Source: an uncultured Acidobacteriota bacterium (GTDB lineage: Bacteria; Acidobacteriota; Thermoanaerobaculia; UBA5066). Taken from it: a stretch of 64,000 nucleotides of DNA. Positions 49,886 to 60,266 of the stretch are shown here, one piece after another. The notes beneath the pieces were generated by a model, which had not been told where the DNA came from, ran no database searches, and saw nothing but the letters and a program-made list of their open reading frames with translations. The stretch spans positions 878,199 through 942,198 of the forward strand of contig CAWGDR010000004.1 of the NCBI GenBank assembly GCA_963821435.1, read 5' to 3'. A program made the position numbers and the translations under genes. How positions within the stretch are numbered: position 1 is the first letter of the stretch; every line of letters begins with the position of its first letter.

Positions 49886-50917
49886 TCAGGAGGCTAGTTG
49901 AACGCGCACGGCCAGCCGCGGCTCCGCATCGAGGTACTGGACACGAAACGGTAAGTCCATCGGGGTTTCTCCCGACCTTCCGCGGGGAGGCGGGATGGCG
50001 GAGAGATACGCCGGAGTCCGGCCGAAGTAGATTTCCGCCTGCGTCGCTCCGCCGAGCGCCTGATGCGGGCGGAGGGACGAGTAGTGGACGAGGCCCAGCT
50101 CCAGCTTCTCCATCAGGTCTTGCGCCACGAGCGGCCGTAACAGTCGGAGGCCAAGCGTGTCCTTCAGCGTCCGCCAGAAGCGTTCGACCAGGGCGATCGA
50201 GCCCTTCTTCCCGATTGCCCCGAACCTCTGCCTTATCCCGAGCCTGTGCAGCTTCCAGCGAAAGACGTGACCCGTGAAACAGCATGCCTGATCCGAGACG
50301 AAGTGCGCCGGCCGTCCATGCCTTTTCGCTGCCCCAGAAACGAAGCGGGCCATCTCCGCGGCAGAGGGCTCCTTCATGAACACCGTTTCCGAGAGCGGCA
50401 TCCGGGAGACCACATCGAAGACGGCCCCGACCTTGATCGTCACGATCCCGAATAGGCTCCTGACGTCGGTCAGGTCCACCATCCAGATGTGGTTCGGGCG
50501 TCGAGCCGCGACGGCTCTCCCCGTGGCCGAGCCCTTCTCGGAAAGCAGGGGAGACGGGCGCCGCTCCTTCCGGATCCGCCCCACCGTTCTCGCCGACAAC
50601 TTCCAGCCTGCCCGCGCCAGCGTCGGTGCGATCAGCTCGTTTCCACCGAAGCCCGCCAGCTCCATCGTCTTCACGAGCGCTCTCACAACGTCGGCGAAGC
50701 GCCGAACGGGAGGATTCGGTCCAATGAGGGGACGTCGAGCAGGACGTAGGGCCTCTCCGTCGGCGCCCGGCGACTCCATCTCACAGCGTGCGATCGAGTC
50801 TGCCGAAACGCGAAACATCCTTGCCGTCTCGGGTTGCGAAAGACCGAGAAGATTCCTGATTCGCAGAATCCGGAATCGCTCCTCGGGCCTGTAATGCGGA
50901 CGGTGCCGCTCCGGCAC
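49886..50917 (-). mobile_element. IS481-like transposase (HTH + rve integrase-core DDE domain)
   Basis: N-terminal HTH (FRILRIRNLLGLSQPETARMFRVSADSI). rve core: HIWMVDLTDV (D) ... HFVSDQACCF (D) ... downstream E. GTG start. Terminal inverted repeats not identified. Confidence 0.8.
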
Positions 50918-51255
50918 CTTATCCCAGCGGGCTCCCAGGATCTCGGCAGCCTAGCGCGGCATCCTGAGGAGTAAGGTGCACTCTTCGGCCCTTTCGAACA
51001 GACGCGCCACAGTGGTCCCCGAGTCCCGGAGCCGACCGAGGGCCGAGCCAAGCGCGAGACCAAGAAGGTTTGTAGCGCGCCAGAGGGCTGAACGCGCTGC
51101 CTGATGGACCGAACAACCTCCGCCACGATCGCCGGGAAGGCGAAGTCGACTGTACTGAATGGAACGCAAAGATGGTCCCCGTCCGGGCAGAATGCCAGGG
51201 TGGCCGGGCGGAACCGATGAAACCGGGGGACACGACTGCACCTTCCTGGTGAGTT

Positions 51256-51287
51256 AGCCCCCGGCAATTCCCATAGCACTCCTACAG
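51256..51287 (+). repeat. REP-like hairpin element (contains the stop codon of 51282..53402)
   Basis: agcccccggcaattcccatagcactcctacag. Confidence 0.6.
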
Positions 51288-53402
51288 CGAACCGCGGCCC
51301 TGCGCGGCGGCCTGCAGCTTTCGTCGCAGGTCGAGGGCCTCGGCGGGGGCCTTCGCCTCGAGGATCGACATCTCCTGCCGCGCGGCCTCCTGCTGACCCG
51401 CGGCCAGGTAGAGTTGCGTCAACAGGACGCGGCCGCCGTGGTCGTCGCCGTCGCGGTCCAGGCCCTGGCGCAGCGCAGCGATCGCGTCCTCGAACCGGCG
51501 CGAGCGAGCGAGGAGGCGCGCCAGTTGATGGCGTACCAGCCGGGAGGCCGGATCGAGCCGCAGCGATTCGCGGTAGCGCTCGAGAGCCTCGTCGACTCGC
51601 CCCAGCTGCGCGAGGACAGTGCCCAGGTCGCCCAGCGTGGGGGCGTGGCCGGGCTCGAGGCGCACGGCCTCCTCCAGCGCGTGCCGAGCCTCCTCGAGCC
51701 GTCCCAGTTGGGCGAGGGTGAGGCCGGTGTTGCGGTATCCGGCGGCGCTTCGGGGCGCGAGGCGGATCGCCTCGCCGTACTCGGCGAGCGCGCCCTCGAC
51801 GTTCCCGCGGGCTTCGAGGGAATTGCCAAGGTTGTTGTGAGTGTCCGGGTCGCCCGGGTCGGCGGCCGCGGCGCGCCGAAAGGCATCCAGCGCCGCCTCG
51901 GCGTCACCGGGGCGGGAGAGCCGCGTCAGGGCGACGCCGAGCGCATTGAGGGCAGCGGCGGAGCCGGGCCTCAGGCGAACGGCCTCCCGGAGGTGAGGCT
52001 CCGCCCCGGCCACGTCGCCCGAATCCAGCAGCGCCGCGCCGAGCAGCCTCTCCGCCACATGGTTGTCGCGCGTCACCTCCAGCGCGTGACGGAAGAGGGT
52101 CACGCTGTCGTGCCAGGTGCCGACCTGCTCCCGCGCGACAGGGACGAGCGCCAGGAGAAAGACGCCGCCCGCCGCGACGAGCGCACGGCCCGCCAGGGCG
52201 TGGAGCCGCAGAAGCTGCCGCGCGCCTTCCGCGAGAGCGAGACTGAGCCCGACGTAGGGCACGTAGGTGTAGCGGTCGGCCAGGGCCTGCTCACCCACCT
52301 GCACCAGGCCGATGACCGGGACGAGGCTCCCGACGAACCAGAGCCAGCCCACGAGCAGGAACGGGAAGCGCCGGCGCGTGTGCCAGGCGCCCCAGGTCAG
52401 GGCCAAAAGGAGCAGGACCGAGCCGCCGAGGACGAACGGAGGCGGGGCGCCGGGGTGCGGGTAGAAGACGGCCAGGCCGGCAGGCCGGAAGAACATCCCG
52501 AGATAGGCGACGAGCGCGACCGCGGCGTTGCCCAGGCGCTCGGGCAGCGAGAGCGCTCCCAGACTCGACACGGCGCCGCCGGCGCGCTGCGCGGCGAAGG
52601 TGACGGCGCCCGACAGGGCGGAGAGGGCCAGCAGGGGGAGCTTCTCGACGAGGAGGGGCCGTACTCGTGCGACGTCCGGCGCGACGTCGAGCGGCAGCCG
52701 GCCGAGCGGCCACACGTCGAGCAGCAGCATCAGGAACGGGGCCGTGACCGCCATCGGCTTCGCCATCAGCGCCAGCGCGAAGAGCAGCGCGACAACGGCG
52801 AGGCGGAGAGGGCCACGGGAAGCGGGCGGCCGGCGCGCGTACGCGGTGTAGGCCCCGAGGGTGAGCCAGAGCAGCAGGGCACAGAGCACGTCCTTGCGCT
52901 CGGAGACCCAGGCCACCGACTCCACGTGGGCCGGGTGCCAGGCGAAGAGGGCCGCCACGGCCGTCGCGACGCCGACGCTGCCAGTCCAGGCGCGGACCAG
53001 CAGGAGCAGAAGCACCGCGGAGACGACGTGGAGCACCAGGCTCGTCCCGTGATGGCCGCCCGGGGAGAGGCCGAAGAGCTGCGCGTCCACCATGTGAGAG
53101 AGCCAGGTCAACGGGTGCCAGTTGGAGGCGTGCGTCGTGCCGAAGGCCCATGCAGCGCTGCCGGCCGTCAGGCCGCGGAGCACGTGGGGATTGTCCCGGA
53201 CGTAGGCCGGGTCGTCGTAGTTGACGAAGTCGAAGCCGAGCACGGGGAAGAAGACCCAGGCTGCCACCAGGGACACCAGGAGCGCTGCGAGGGCCGTCCA
53301 GGCGACGCGCTGGTCGCGGGAGGGTTTCGGGGGGCCGGGGGCAGCGGGTCGAGTGGCCTTCGAACGGGGCCTGCGACGGGTCATGGGCCGCAGGATAGCC
53401 AA
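51282..53402 (-). CDS. Membrane glycosyltransferase-like protein (GT39/PMT-type N-domain, DUF1736-like) with C-terminal TPR repeats
   Basis: N-terminal multi-TM domain with FDFVNYDDPAYVRDNPHV...HMVDAQLFGL..GHH..S. At least 9 C-terminal TPR units (ALNALG..., EAIRLAP..., etc.). Confidence 0.75.
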   Translation of the reverse strand: MAILRPMTRRRPRSKATRPAAPGPPKPSRDQRVAWTALAALLVSLVAAWVFFPVLGFDFVNYDDPAYVRDNPHVLRGLTAGSAAWAFGTTHASNWHPLTWLSHMVDAQLFGLSPGGHHGTSLVLHVVSAVLLLLLVRAWTGSVGVATAVAALFAWHPAHVESVAWVSERKDVLCALLLWLTLGAYTAYARRPPASRGPLRLAVVALLFALALMAKPMAVTAPFLMLLLDVWPLGRLPLDVAPDVARVRPLLVEKLPLLALSALSGAVTFAAQRAGGAVSSLGALSLPERLGNAAVALVAYLGMFFRPAGLAVFYPHPGAPPPFVLGGSVLLLLALTWGAWHTRRRFPFLLVGWLWFVGSLVPVIGLVQVGEQALADRYTYVPYVGLSLALAEGARQLLRLHALAGRALVAAGGVFLLALVPVAREQVGTWHDSVTLFRHALEVTRDNHVAERLLGAALLDSGDVAGAEPHLREAVRLRPGSAAALNALGVALTRLSRPGDAEAALDAFRRAAAADPGDPDTHNNLGNSLEARGNVEGALAEYGEAIRLAPRSAAGYRNTGLTLAQLGRLEEARHALEEAVRLEPGHAPTLGDLGTVLAQLGRVDEALERYRESLRLDPASRLVRHQLARLLARSRRFEDAIAALRQGLDRDGDDHGGRVLLTQLYLAAGQQEAARQEMSILEAKAPAEALDLRRKLQAAAQGRGSL

Positions 53403-53422
53403 ACCGTCCGGCCTCGCGCGCG

Positions 53423-53503
53423 TGTGCCTCGCCAGAATCCCATAGGGTGCCCGAATGAAGGCGTAGGTGCCTCAGCGGATTGAGGTTCCTGCGCTCCCCG
53501 GGC
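53423..53503 (+). repeat. Repeat family X, copy 2
   Basis: gcgtgtgcctcgccagaatcccatagggtgcccgaatgaaggcgtaggtgcctcagcggattgaggttcctgcg. Confidence 0.6.
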
Positions 53504-53851
53504 CGGCGCCCTCTGACCTAATCTCGGCCCGGACCAGGAAACGGGGAGAAAACCTTGTCAATCAGTCACCTGGAACGCGCCGACCCTTTTTGTCCGCGAA
53601 AGCAACATTTCCCGATCCTCTCGCCCTTGACAGAGAATGAATCGCATTTCACATTATGCGTGGCCCATCCGCTCATTGGAGGTCATGATCGTGGGGTGGT
53701 TCATTCGTCTTGCCGACGCGGCGCCCACCCCGATGCAACCGCCACTCGGAGGTCGGCGATGGGGGTCACCCCGTTTGACCCCCGAAATGGAAGTTCCTAT
53801 CCCCGACCGTGCACCCTAATATGTGATGGCAGCCAAAGAGAGGTATCCAGA

Positions 53852-54193
53852 ATGATCAAGAAGAGTTCAATCTTGCTGACAATTTTAGTCTTCGTCGCGG
53901 TTAGTTTGTCTGGCTGTCAGAGAGCCAAGGTCGGAGTTGATGAAAAGCAGGTTGCAGGGTTCAAATCCAAAACGTTCTTCAATGACAGCGAAAACGTGGA
54001 GGTGACGTTAGCTTCCGATGGGCTAAACACGATCGTAGCCGTTCCCAAAGCTGTCATCGCGCGGCGAAACCAGATCGGTGATGACGAGCTTAGTTGTTTA
54101 GCGAAGTGCGCAAAGATCGCAGACCTTGAAAGCCGCCTGAATTGTATACTCCTATGCCCGGTGTCGAAGAGCTACCAGGTATTCATTTACTGA
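53852..54193 (+). CDS. Small lipoprotein, Cys-rich C-terminus, AT-rich
   Basis: AGAGAGG RBS. Signal peptide with lipobox LSGC. 113 aa. GC far below the window average. Confidence 0.55.
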   Translation: MIKKSSILLTILVFVAVSLSGCQRAKVGVDEKQVAGFKSKTFFNDSENVEVTLASDGLNTIVAVPKAVIARRNQIGDDELSCLAKCAKIADLESRLNCILLCPVSKSYQVFIY

Positions 54194-54255
54194 ATCCCAA
54201 CCCATGGGGCTCGAACGCAAGGAGTCCACTGAATTCAGATACCGAGAGCGTGACC

Positions 54256-54298
54256 CTGATCTCTTCGCGCCACAGCGCCCCGTATTTTCGATTGCACC
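54256..54298 (+). repeat. REP-like element (degenerate) with tctcttcgcgccacag leader
   Basis: ctgatctcttcgcgccacagcgccccgtattttcgattgcacc. Confidence 0.45.
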
Positions 54299-54343
54299 GC
54301 GACACTTGACGCGTCAAGAGGCGGCCCATAGATTCCGCTCACG

Positions 54344-56110
54344 ATGAAGAGGATGGTGCCCGACATCCACTTCTGTCGGAGCGCGACCGGGGGCCGCCTC
54401 GCCTTCGCGACCTTTGGCGAGGGGCCCGTCCTGCTGATCACGCCCCCATGGATCAGCAGCCTCGAGGTCCAGCTCGAAGACCCCGCCTGGATGGGGTTCT
54501 TCTCCAGGCTGGCCCGCCACCACACCGTGCTGGTCTACGACAAGCAGGGGTGCGGGCTCTCGGAGCGCGAGCGCACCGATTTCAGCTGGGAGCGCGACGT
54601 CGAGGATGCCGAGACCGTCGTCGACCAGCTCGCCCCCGGCCGGCTCTCGATCTTCGGAGCGTCGCAGGGTGGCCCGATCGCGATCGCCTATGCGGTACGG
54701 CGTCGCGAGCAGGTGGACAAGCTCGTTCTCTACGCCACCTACGCACGCGGGGCCGATATCTCCCGGGACGGCGGAGCTTCCTTCGTCGACCTGGTGCGAT
54801 CGAACTGGGGCCTCGGCTCCCGCACGATGGCGGCGCTTTTCCTGCCCGAGAACCTCGACGATCCGACGGCGCTCGGCGTCGTCCTCAAGTGGGAGCGGGC
54901 CGCCGCCACCCGCGAGATGGCGACCCGTCTTCTCGAAGCCCTGTTCTCTTGGGATCTCTCACCGCTCCTGTCGGAAGTTTCGGTGCCGACGCTCGTGCTC
55001 CACCGGCGCGGCGATAAGGCGTTCCACACCGGACTCGGGCGGGACCTGGCCGCTGGCATCCCCAAGGCGCGCTTCGTACTGCTCGAGGGCGGCGGCCACC
55101 TCCCGTGGTACGGAGACTGCGATGCCGTGCTGTCGTCCGTCGCCGAGTTTCTCGGAGATGACGTCGCCGACACCCTCCGCCCCGTCGAGATGGACGCCGC
55201 CGGCACCGCCGTCGCCGACGGGGCCCCGGCGGAGGGGCGGCCGGCCGTCGCCTCGGACGGCTTCGCCTTTCAGGTGGTCCACCGTGATCTCCTGCGGGAG
55301 CACGGGCAGCTGCAACTCGACCGGTGCCGCATCGGCCTCGCCCAGGTCTCGCTGTCGGTGGATTTCTTCGAGGCCACGTCCTCTGGCATGCTGGCCCTGC
55401 GACGCGGGCGGGTCGACGAGGTGCGGCGAAAGCTCGCGGCGATGGTCACCACCGCCCGGAGCGACCGCGTCGACCTGCTCTTGCTTCCCGAACTCGCGGT
55501 CGACCTGAAGGTTGATGCTTTGAGAGCGGACCTCCTGGCACTTGCGGCCGAGACCGGAATGACGATCGTGCCGGGGTCCTATCACGACGTCGCGGGCCGA
55601 CGGAACGTGGCCACCGTGGTCGGCCCGGAGGGAATCCTCTGGGAGCAGGACAAACAGCTGCCGGCCATCCTGCACGTCGACGGGCAGCGGATGGAGGAGG
55701 CCATCCCCCCCGGTCCCAAGCCGATTCTCGTGGCCAACACCCGGTTCGGGCGGGTCGCCATCGCCATCTGCCGCGACTTCCTCGACCTCGACCTGCGCGT
55801 GGCCCTCCGGCACTGCACGCCGGCGGTGGACATCGTCCTCAACCCGGCGTTCACGCCGGTAACGGCTGATTTCCAGGCCGCCCACTTCGAAGCGCGGCGC
55901 TCGATCTACGCCTACTGCTTCTTCTGCAACGTGGCGGAGTTTGGTGGCTCCTCGATCAACACCCCCGAGAAGGACCGCACGAACCGCACCCTGCCGGTGG
56001 GCCAGGAGGGGCTGCTGTGGAAGGACATCGACCTCATCGGCCTGCGTGAGGAGCGCCAGAAGTGGGCCGAGCTCCGGGGCCGGTCAGGGTTCATCCAGAG
56101 CACGCGCTGA
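54344..56110 (+). CDS. Fusion protein: N-terminal alpha/beta-hydrolase + C-terminal carbon-nitrogen hydrolase (nitrilase superfamily)
   Basis: N-terminal LLITPPWIS...IFGASQGG (nucleophile elbow GxSxG) ...LVLHRRGD...GGGH. C-terminal LLLPELAV (catalytic Glu region) ... RVAIAICRDF (catalytic Cys). Confidence 0.75.
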   Translation: MKRMVPDIHFCRSATGGRLAFATFGEGPVLLITPPWISSLEVQLEDPAWMGFFSRLARHHTVLVYDKQGCGLSERERTDFSWERDVEDAETVVDQLAPGRLSIFGASQGGPIAIAYAVRRREQVDKLVLYATYARGADISRDGGASFVDLVRSNWGLGSRTMAALFLPENLDDPTALGVVLKWERAAATREMATRLLEALFSWDLSPLLSEVSVPTLVLHRRGDKAFHTGLGRDLAAGIPKARFVLLEGGGHLPWYGDCDAVLSSVAEFLGDDVADTLRPVEMDAAGTAVADGAPAEGRPAVASDGFAFQVVHRDLLREHGQLQLDRCRIGLAQVSLSVDFFEATSSGMLALRRGRVDEVRRKLAAMVTTARSDRVDLLLLPELAVDLKVDALRADLLALAAETGMTIVPGSYHDVAGRRNVATVVGPEGILWEQDKQLPAILHVDGQRMEEAIPPGPKPILVANTRFGRVAIAICRDFLDLDLRVALRHCTPAVDIVLNPAFTPVTADFQAAHFEARRSIYAYCFFCNVAEFGGSSINTPEKDRTNRTLPVGQEGLLWKDIDLIGLREERQKWAELRGRSGFIQSTR

Positions 56111-56145
56111 CGCGCCCGGGAGGCGTCGTCAAGCCGGCTCGTGTC

Positions 56146-56171
56146 GAGGCGCAATGGAAATTGCGGCCCGC
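56146..56171 (-). repeat. REP-like hairpin element
   Basis: gaggcgcaatggaaattgcggcccgc. Confidence 0.55.
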
Positions 56172-56190
56172 ATCTTCAACGTTGTGCTGA

Positions 56191-57968
56191 TCATTGAACC
56201 GGGCCCTTGCCATTCCCAAGCGGCCGCAAGCGCTGCATGGCCAGTGCGAGCATTGCCGCTTCCGGAGAACTCGGGCAAAGATTATCTTCGCCTGGCGGTG
56301 CGCCGGTCGCCGTCGGCTGTAGGCAATGCTGCTGCAAATAGCGAGAGACGCTCAGAAAGTCATCCAACGGTAGTCGGGCAGCTTCCAGCAGCGCGGCCGG
56401 GAGTGCGCTCACCGCCGCATCAATCGGTCCTGTACCAGTAGCGCCTTTGCGCCAAAGAATGTACGGAACCTTGCGAAGTGCGGGGTCCTGCCAGGGATTG
56501 CTGACGCCGAACGCGGCGAACACTGCCGGCATCGCCGGCGCATGATCGCCGAGAAATAGCAGCACACCGGGACGCTCAGTGTTTTCAAGGCCTTCGATGA
56601 TGCAGCCTGCCATCGCCGCCGCGTTTCGGGCGTGGTAGAGATAGCGCTGAAGCTGCAGATCGATCTTCTCCGGTAAATGAAGATTCTCGGTATCAGCAGG
56701 TTGCAATGCCCCCGTCTCGCCACGATCGAAGCTCCAGGGGCCGTGATTTTCCATCGTGACCGCGAAAATGAAGCGCGGCTTGTCGCTCTTCTCCAGCAAG
56801 GCCCGGATCTTCCTGACACACCGCCTGATCGCTCACGTATGGGCCATCGAACGTGGCATTTCTGGAAGTCGGTGAGCGACAGAAATGTATCGAATCCGAG
56901 CCGCGGGTAGGCCTGGTGCCGGCGCCAGAAGGTGGCATGAAAGGGATGGATGGCTGTCGTCTCGTAGCCAAGCGCCTTCAGGTGCCAGGGAATCGCGGCT
57001 ATCGGCGCCGTGACCACGGTCAGGTACGGATAGTCCATCTCGGCGCCAAACAAGGTCGCGGGGACGCCGGTCAGGAGTGAAAACTCGGTACGCAAGGTGG
57101 CCCCTCCGTAGGTATCCACCGTCGCCATGCCGTATTGTGCCGTCGCTTTCATCTGATCCCACAACGCATAGGCGGACGGTGAGAATGCCGCATCCAGAAC
57201 GCGGAAGTCGAAGAAGGCTTCGCTCTGAATGACGATGAGATTCGGCAGAGCCCCACGAGCATTCGTTGGAGTGCCTTTGGATGCGGACAGCTGATTGATA
57301 GAGCGCCAGGTCGGCAGCCGGAACGACCTGCGGCACAAAATAGCTCTGAGCGGCGGAATTGATGAGCGTCGCGATCAGGCCATTCTGCTTCACCGACGAC
57401 ATCGGATCGTGATGATCGAATGCCGGTAGAGGGCCCGGTATACGCGCTGCAGCGGGGCGCGGGGCATCAAGAGCGGCGGCTGTATTTGCCACAGCAGGAG
57501 AAGACCTGCCGTGATGGAGACTGCCGTCCAGCGTTTGTCCTTCATGAGTGGTCGTTCGAGCCGAACCGCCCACAACGCGAGAGCCAGTACCCCAAGGCAC
57601 AACGGGATAAAGAACCACTGTTCTCGAAGATACTTTTCGAACAGGACGGGATTTGCCAGCACCTGACCAAATACGATGAAGTCGGAAGCGACGACCGGCT
57701 GGCTTATGATCGAAAACTTGAAGTTGTTACCGAGTGTAATTGCGATGAAAACGACGACCGTCAGCATTGTTGCGGAGAGTGCGCGCCTCACGATCAAGAG
57801 AAATGCGAGGAAGAAGTAGGCGACGGGCAAGCCGTTCAGGAATAGTGCCGTCGGTGTTAGACGCTCAAAAGCCGAGTCCGGCCTGGGTACCGCAATGGCC
57901 GTACAAAGCACAATCGTGCCCAACAGGGCGAAGAGAACAATACTCTTGCGGTGATGAGCGAGAATCAT
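56191..57968 (-). pseudogene. LTA-synthase/phosphoglycerol-transferase family protein (N-terminal TM domain + sulfatase domain), split into at least 4 frames
   Basis: 57390..57968 is a 5-TM N-domain. 56409..57338 holds ...PNLIVIQSEAFFDFR..., the sulfatase-domain start. 56191..56799 holds ...FAVTMENHGPW...LLFLGDHAPA, the C-terminal part. Confidence 0.6.
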
Positions 57969-58284
57969 TACAGATCGACTCTGATCACTGGTTCGTATTG
58001 TGCAAGTGAAACCAGCTTATCCCGTCGCGTAGCGCCTTCCTGGTAAGGCGCGGTGGGAATCGGAGTCCGTTCCGTGCTTTCTCGCACGTGAAGAACATCG
58101 TCGACACGGACGAGGTCTTGACCGGTATCTACATACGCCGGCATCCTGTCGTTCATTGCATCGACGATTATCTCACCCGAGTGCGTCGGCTTGCCGTGGC
58201 GCGGCCGCTCGGCATGCAGAGATCGGAGGATTCCGACGTTCGGCGCCTATGTGGGGTGGCCGTTTCGCCGAGATGACATGCTTC

Positions 58285-58385
58285 CCGGTCTAACGGAGTC
58301 ATTCAGAGGCAGTTCCAGGCTGATATCAATTGAACGTTCTCTGTGCGGCCTGAGAACTAGGTTCGCGCGGCTGACCGACCGCCGG
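58285..58385 (+). repeat. Composite att-like repeat, copy H (P-arm only: module 0 + hairpin + decayed core, then unrelated flank; putative distal end of the array)
   Basis: ggagtcattcagaggcagttccaggctgatatcaattgaacgttctctgtgcggcctgagaactaggttcgcgcggctgaccgaccgccggccc. Confidence 0.65.
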
Positions 58386-58454
58386 CCCTTTTCTTGCAAG
58401 AACTCGTCCCGGAGCGGCCGCCACCTAGGCCGCGACGACCCGAAAGGAGGTTTC

Positions 58455-59063
58455 ATGATGAACAGAATCGTCCGATTTTCGGTTCCGGGGACGGCCGTGC
58501 TGGCTCTCGCGCTGGCGGCCGCACCGCTCTCCGCCCAGGGGACCAAGCCCGAGTCCGGAACGAGTGGGACCGACTGGGAGGCGATGAAGAAGGAGGCGAA
58601 GCAGGACCAGGTCTACGCCACCGCTCATGGCGCCCTCGATCAGCTCCTGAAGGAGAACGCGAAGGCGAAGGAGCTGTTCGAGAAGTCGTACGGCTGGGCC
58701 GCGTTCGACAATCTGAAGATCGGCATCGGCATCTCCGGCGGCGGCGGCAGGGGAGTCGCGATCAACAAGAGCACCGGGCACAGGATCTATATGGAGATGG
58801 GGTCGGCGGGTATCGGGCTGACGCTCGGGGGCAAGAAGTACCAGGTCGTCTTCCTCTTCCAGGACAGCAAGACTTTCAATTCCTTCGTGAACGAGGGATG
58901 GCAGGCAACGGCCGAGGCGAGCGCAACGGCAGGAAAGGGAGGGAGCGGCTCGCAGACGAACTTCGTGAACGGCATGGCGGTTTACCAGCTCGACACCAGG
59001 GGGCTGATGGCCAACGCCGACATATCCGGGACGAAGTACTCCAAGGACGACGACCTCAACTGA
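58455..59063 (+). CDS. SYLF (Ysc84-like, DUF500) lipid-binding domain protein, secreted
   Basis: AAAGGAGG RBS and signal peptide. ...GWAAFDNLKIGIGISGGGGRGVAI...GHRIYMEMGSAGIGLTLGGKKYQVVFLFQ is the SYLF pattern. Confidence 0.8.
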   Translation: MMNRIVRFSVPGTAVLALALAAAPLSAQGTKPESGTSGTDWEAMKKEAKQDQVYATAHGALDQLLKENAKAKELFEKSYGWAAFDNLKIGIGISGGGGRGVAINKSTGHRIYMEMGSAGIGLTLGGKKYQVVFLFQDSKTFNSFVNEGWQATAEASATAGKGGSGSQTNFVNGMAVYQLDTRGLMANADISGTKYSKDDDLN

Positions 59064-59162
59064 ACCGGTCGTTTCCCGTTACGACGGGCTGAGGAGACTC
59101 CTGATCCGCAGGATCCGTGAGCGAGAGTTCGTTCGACGGGGCGGGAACCGGCGTGCGGCCGG

Positions 59163-60266
59163 TCAGGGCGTCTCCGGCTCCTTCTCGGGGCAGCACGGCT
59201 CGAACTGGGACAGCTCGCCGGCGGCGATCCGGGCCTTGCGCCGTTCGTTCTCGCGTTCCATCAGCTCGATCTCGAGCTCCAGTTTCTTGAGCTCGAGCTC
59301 GACCCGCTTCTCCTCGCCCGGCTCGCAGGAGCTGCAGTGGGCCAGCTCGGCTTCGTACAGGAGACCGTCCGTGGGGATGGCGATCTCGGTGCTTCGCCTC
59401 GAGACCTGCCCGACGACGATCGGGCCGAGCTGTTTGAGGATCGCCTGCTTCAGGGCGTCCGGCACGGCGGCGAGATCGATCCAGTTCCCGCCGATCTGCA
59501 CCTCGATCCCGACGAGCCGGGTCGAGAGGCAGTAGACCTCGAAGACGCGCCGGATGAAGTAGGTCACCGCGTGGCAGTGGTTCGAGTTCCGGAGCGTGCG
59601 GAAGGTCGATTCGCCGCTGACCGTTTCCTCGAAGGTGCTCACGACGATGGAGCGCTCGGTCTCGACGGCCTGGGAGCTGATCTCGGCCACGTGGCGGAAG
59701 GACTCGAAGACCGAATCCACATTGAGGTGGTTGCTGACGGAAACCGAGGAGGACGAGGACGACCCGCCGCCGAAGCTGATGATGCCGAGATCGATGCCTC
59801 CGCCCCCGGAGGCCGCGACGGAGCTGGTGCTGGAAAAAGCGGTGCCGAAATCGCTCTTGACGCTCGCCAGCGTGTCGTTGACCCGGCTGACGTACGAGAA
59901 GAAGCTCGAGCGCTGGCTGAACCTGGCCGTCGTGCTGGTGGTGCGGCGATAACGGTCGTATTCGAAGATCTTGACCTCTTCCTGCGGAAGCAGGGTGAGG
60001 CTGTGGACGATCAATCCCTGCTTGCGACCCATCGGGCACATCGCGTGCTCGAACCGGGCGCGGATCCTGATTCCCTGGCGGGCGGCCACCGCCGTCTGGC
60101 CGGTGCGCAGCTCGTATTCCCGGAACTCGTAGATCTTGAAGCAGTGCTTCCAGGAGAGCCAGGGAGTGGGCGGCGGGCCGTCGCACCCCTCGTGGAGCGG
60201 GCCCGGATCGCACTCGGGACGCGGAGCCAGCACGACATCGTCCTTGAGATCCGACTTCGCCGCCAT
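59163..60266 (-). CDS. Hypothetical protein, Cys-rich ends + Ser/Gly-rich linker + C-terminal coiled coil
   Basis: Strong GGAAGGAG RBS. 367 aa. CDPGPLHEGCDG ... HCSSCEPGEE ... CCPEKE. No recognisable domain. Confidence 0.55.
   Translation of the reverse strand: MAAKSDLKDDVVLAPRPECDPGPLHEGCDGPPPTPWLSWKHCFKIYEFREYELRTGQTAVAARQGIRIRARFEHAMCPMGRKQGLIVHSLTLLPQEEVKIFEYDRYRRTTSTTARFSQRSSFFSYVSRVNDTLASVKSDFGTAFSSTSSVAASGGGGIDLGIISFGGGSSSSSSVSVSNHLNVDSVFESFRHVAEISSQAVETERSIVVSTFEETVSGESTFRTLRNSNHCHAVTYFIRRVFEVYCLSTRLVGIEVQIGGNWIDLAAVPDALKQAILKQLGPIVVGQVSRRSTEIAIPTDGLLYEAELAHCSSCEPGEEKRVELELKKLELEIELMERENERRKARIAAGELSQFEPCCPEKEPETP

Noticed and set aside
49600-51250. Terminal inverted repeats delimiting an IS481-family element around the transposase
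   Set aside because: I could not find convincing TIRs or a target-site duplication by eye in the 100-300 bp flanks. I therefore report only the transposase gene. IS boundaries need computational alignment against IS databases.
53622-53660. Sigma70-like promoter (TTGACA ... TTATGC) upstream of the AT-rich lipoprotein gene
   Set aside because: The spacing between the candidate hexamers is 21 bp, not 16-18, and the -10 match is weak. It lies about 190 bp from the start codon. Not reported as a feature.
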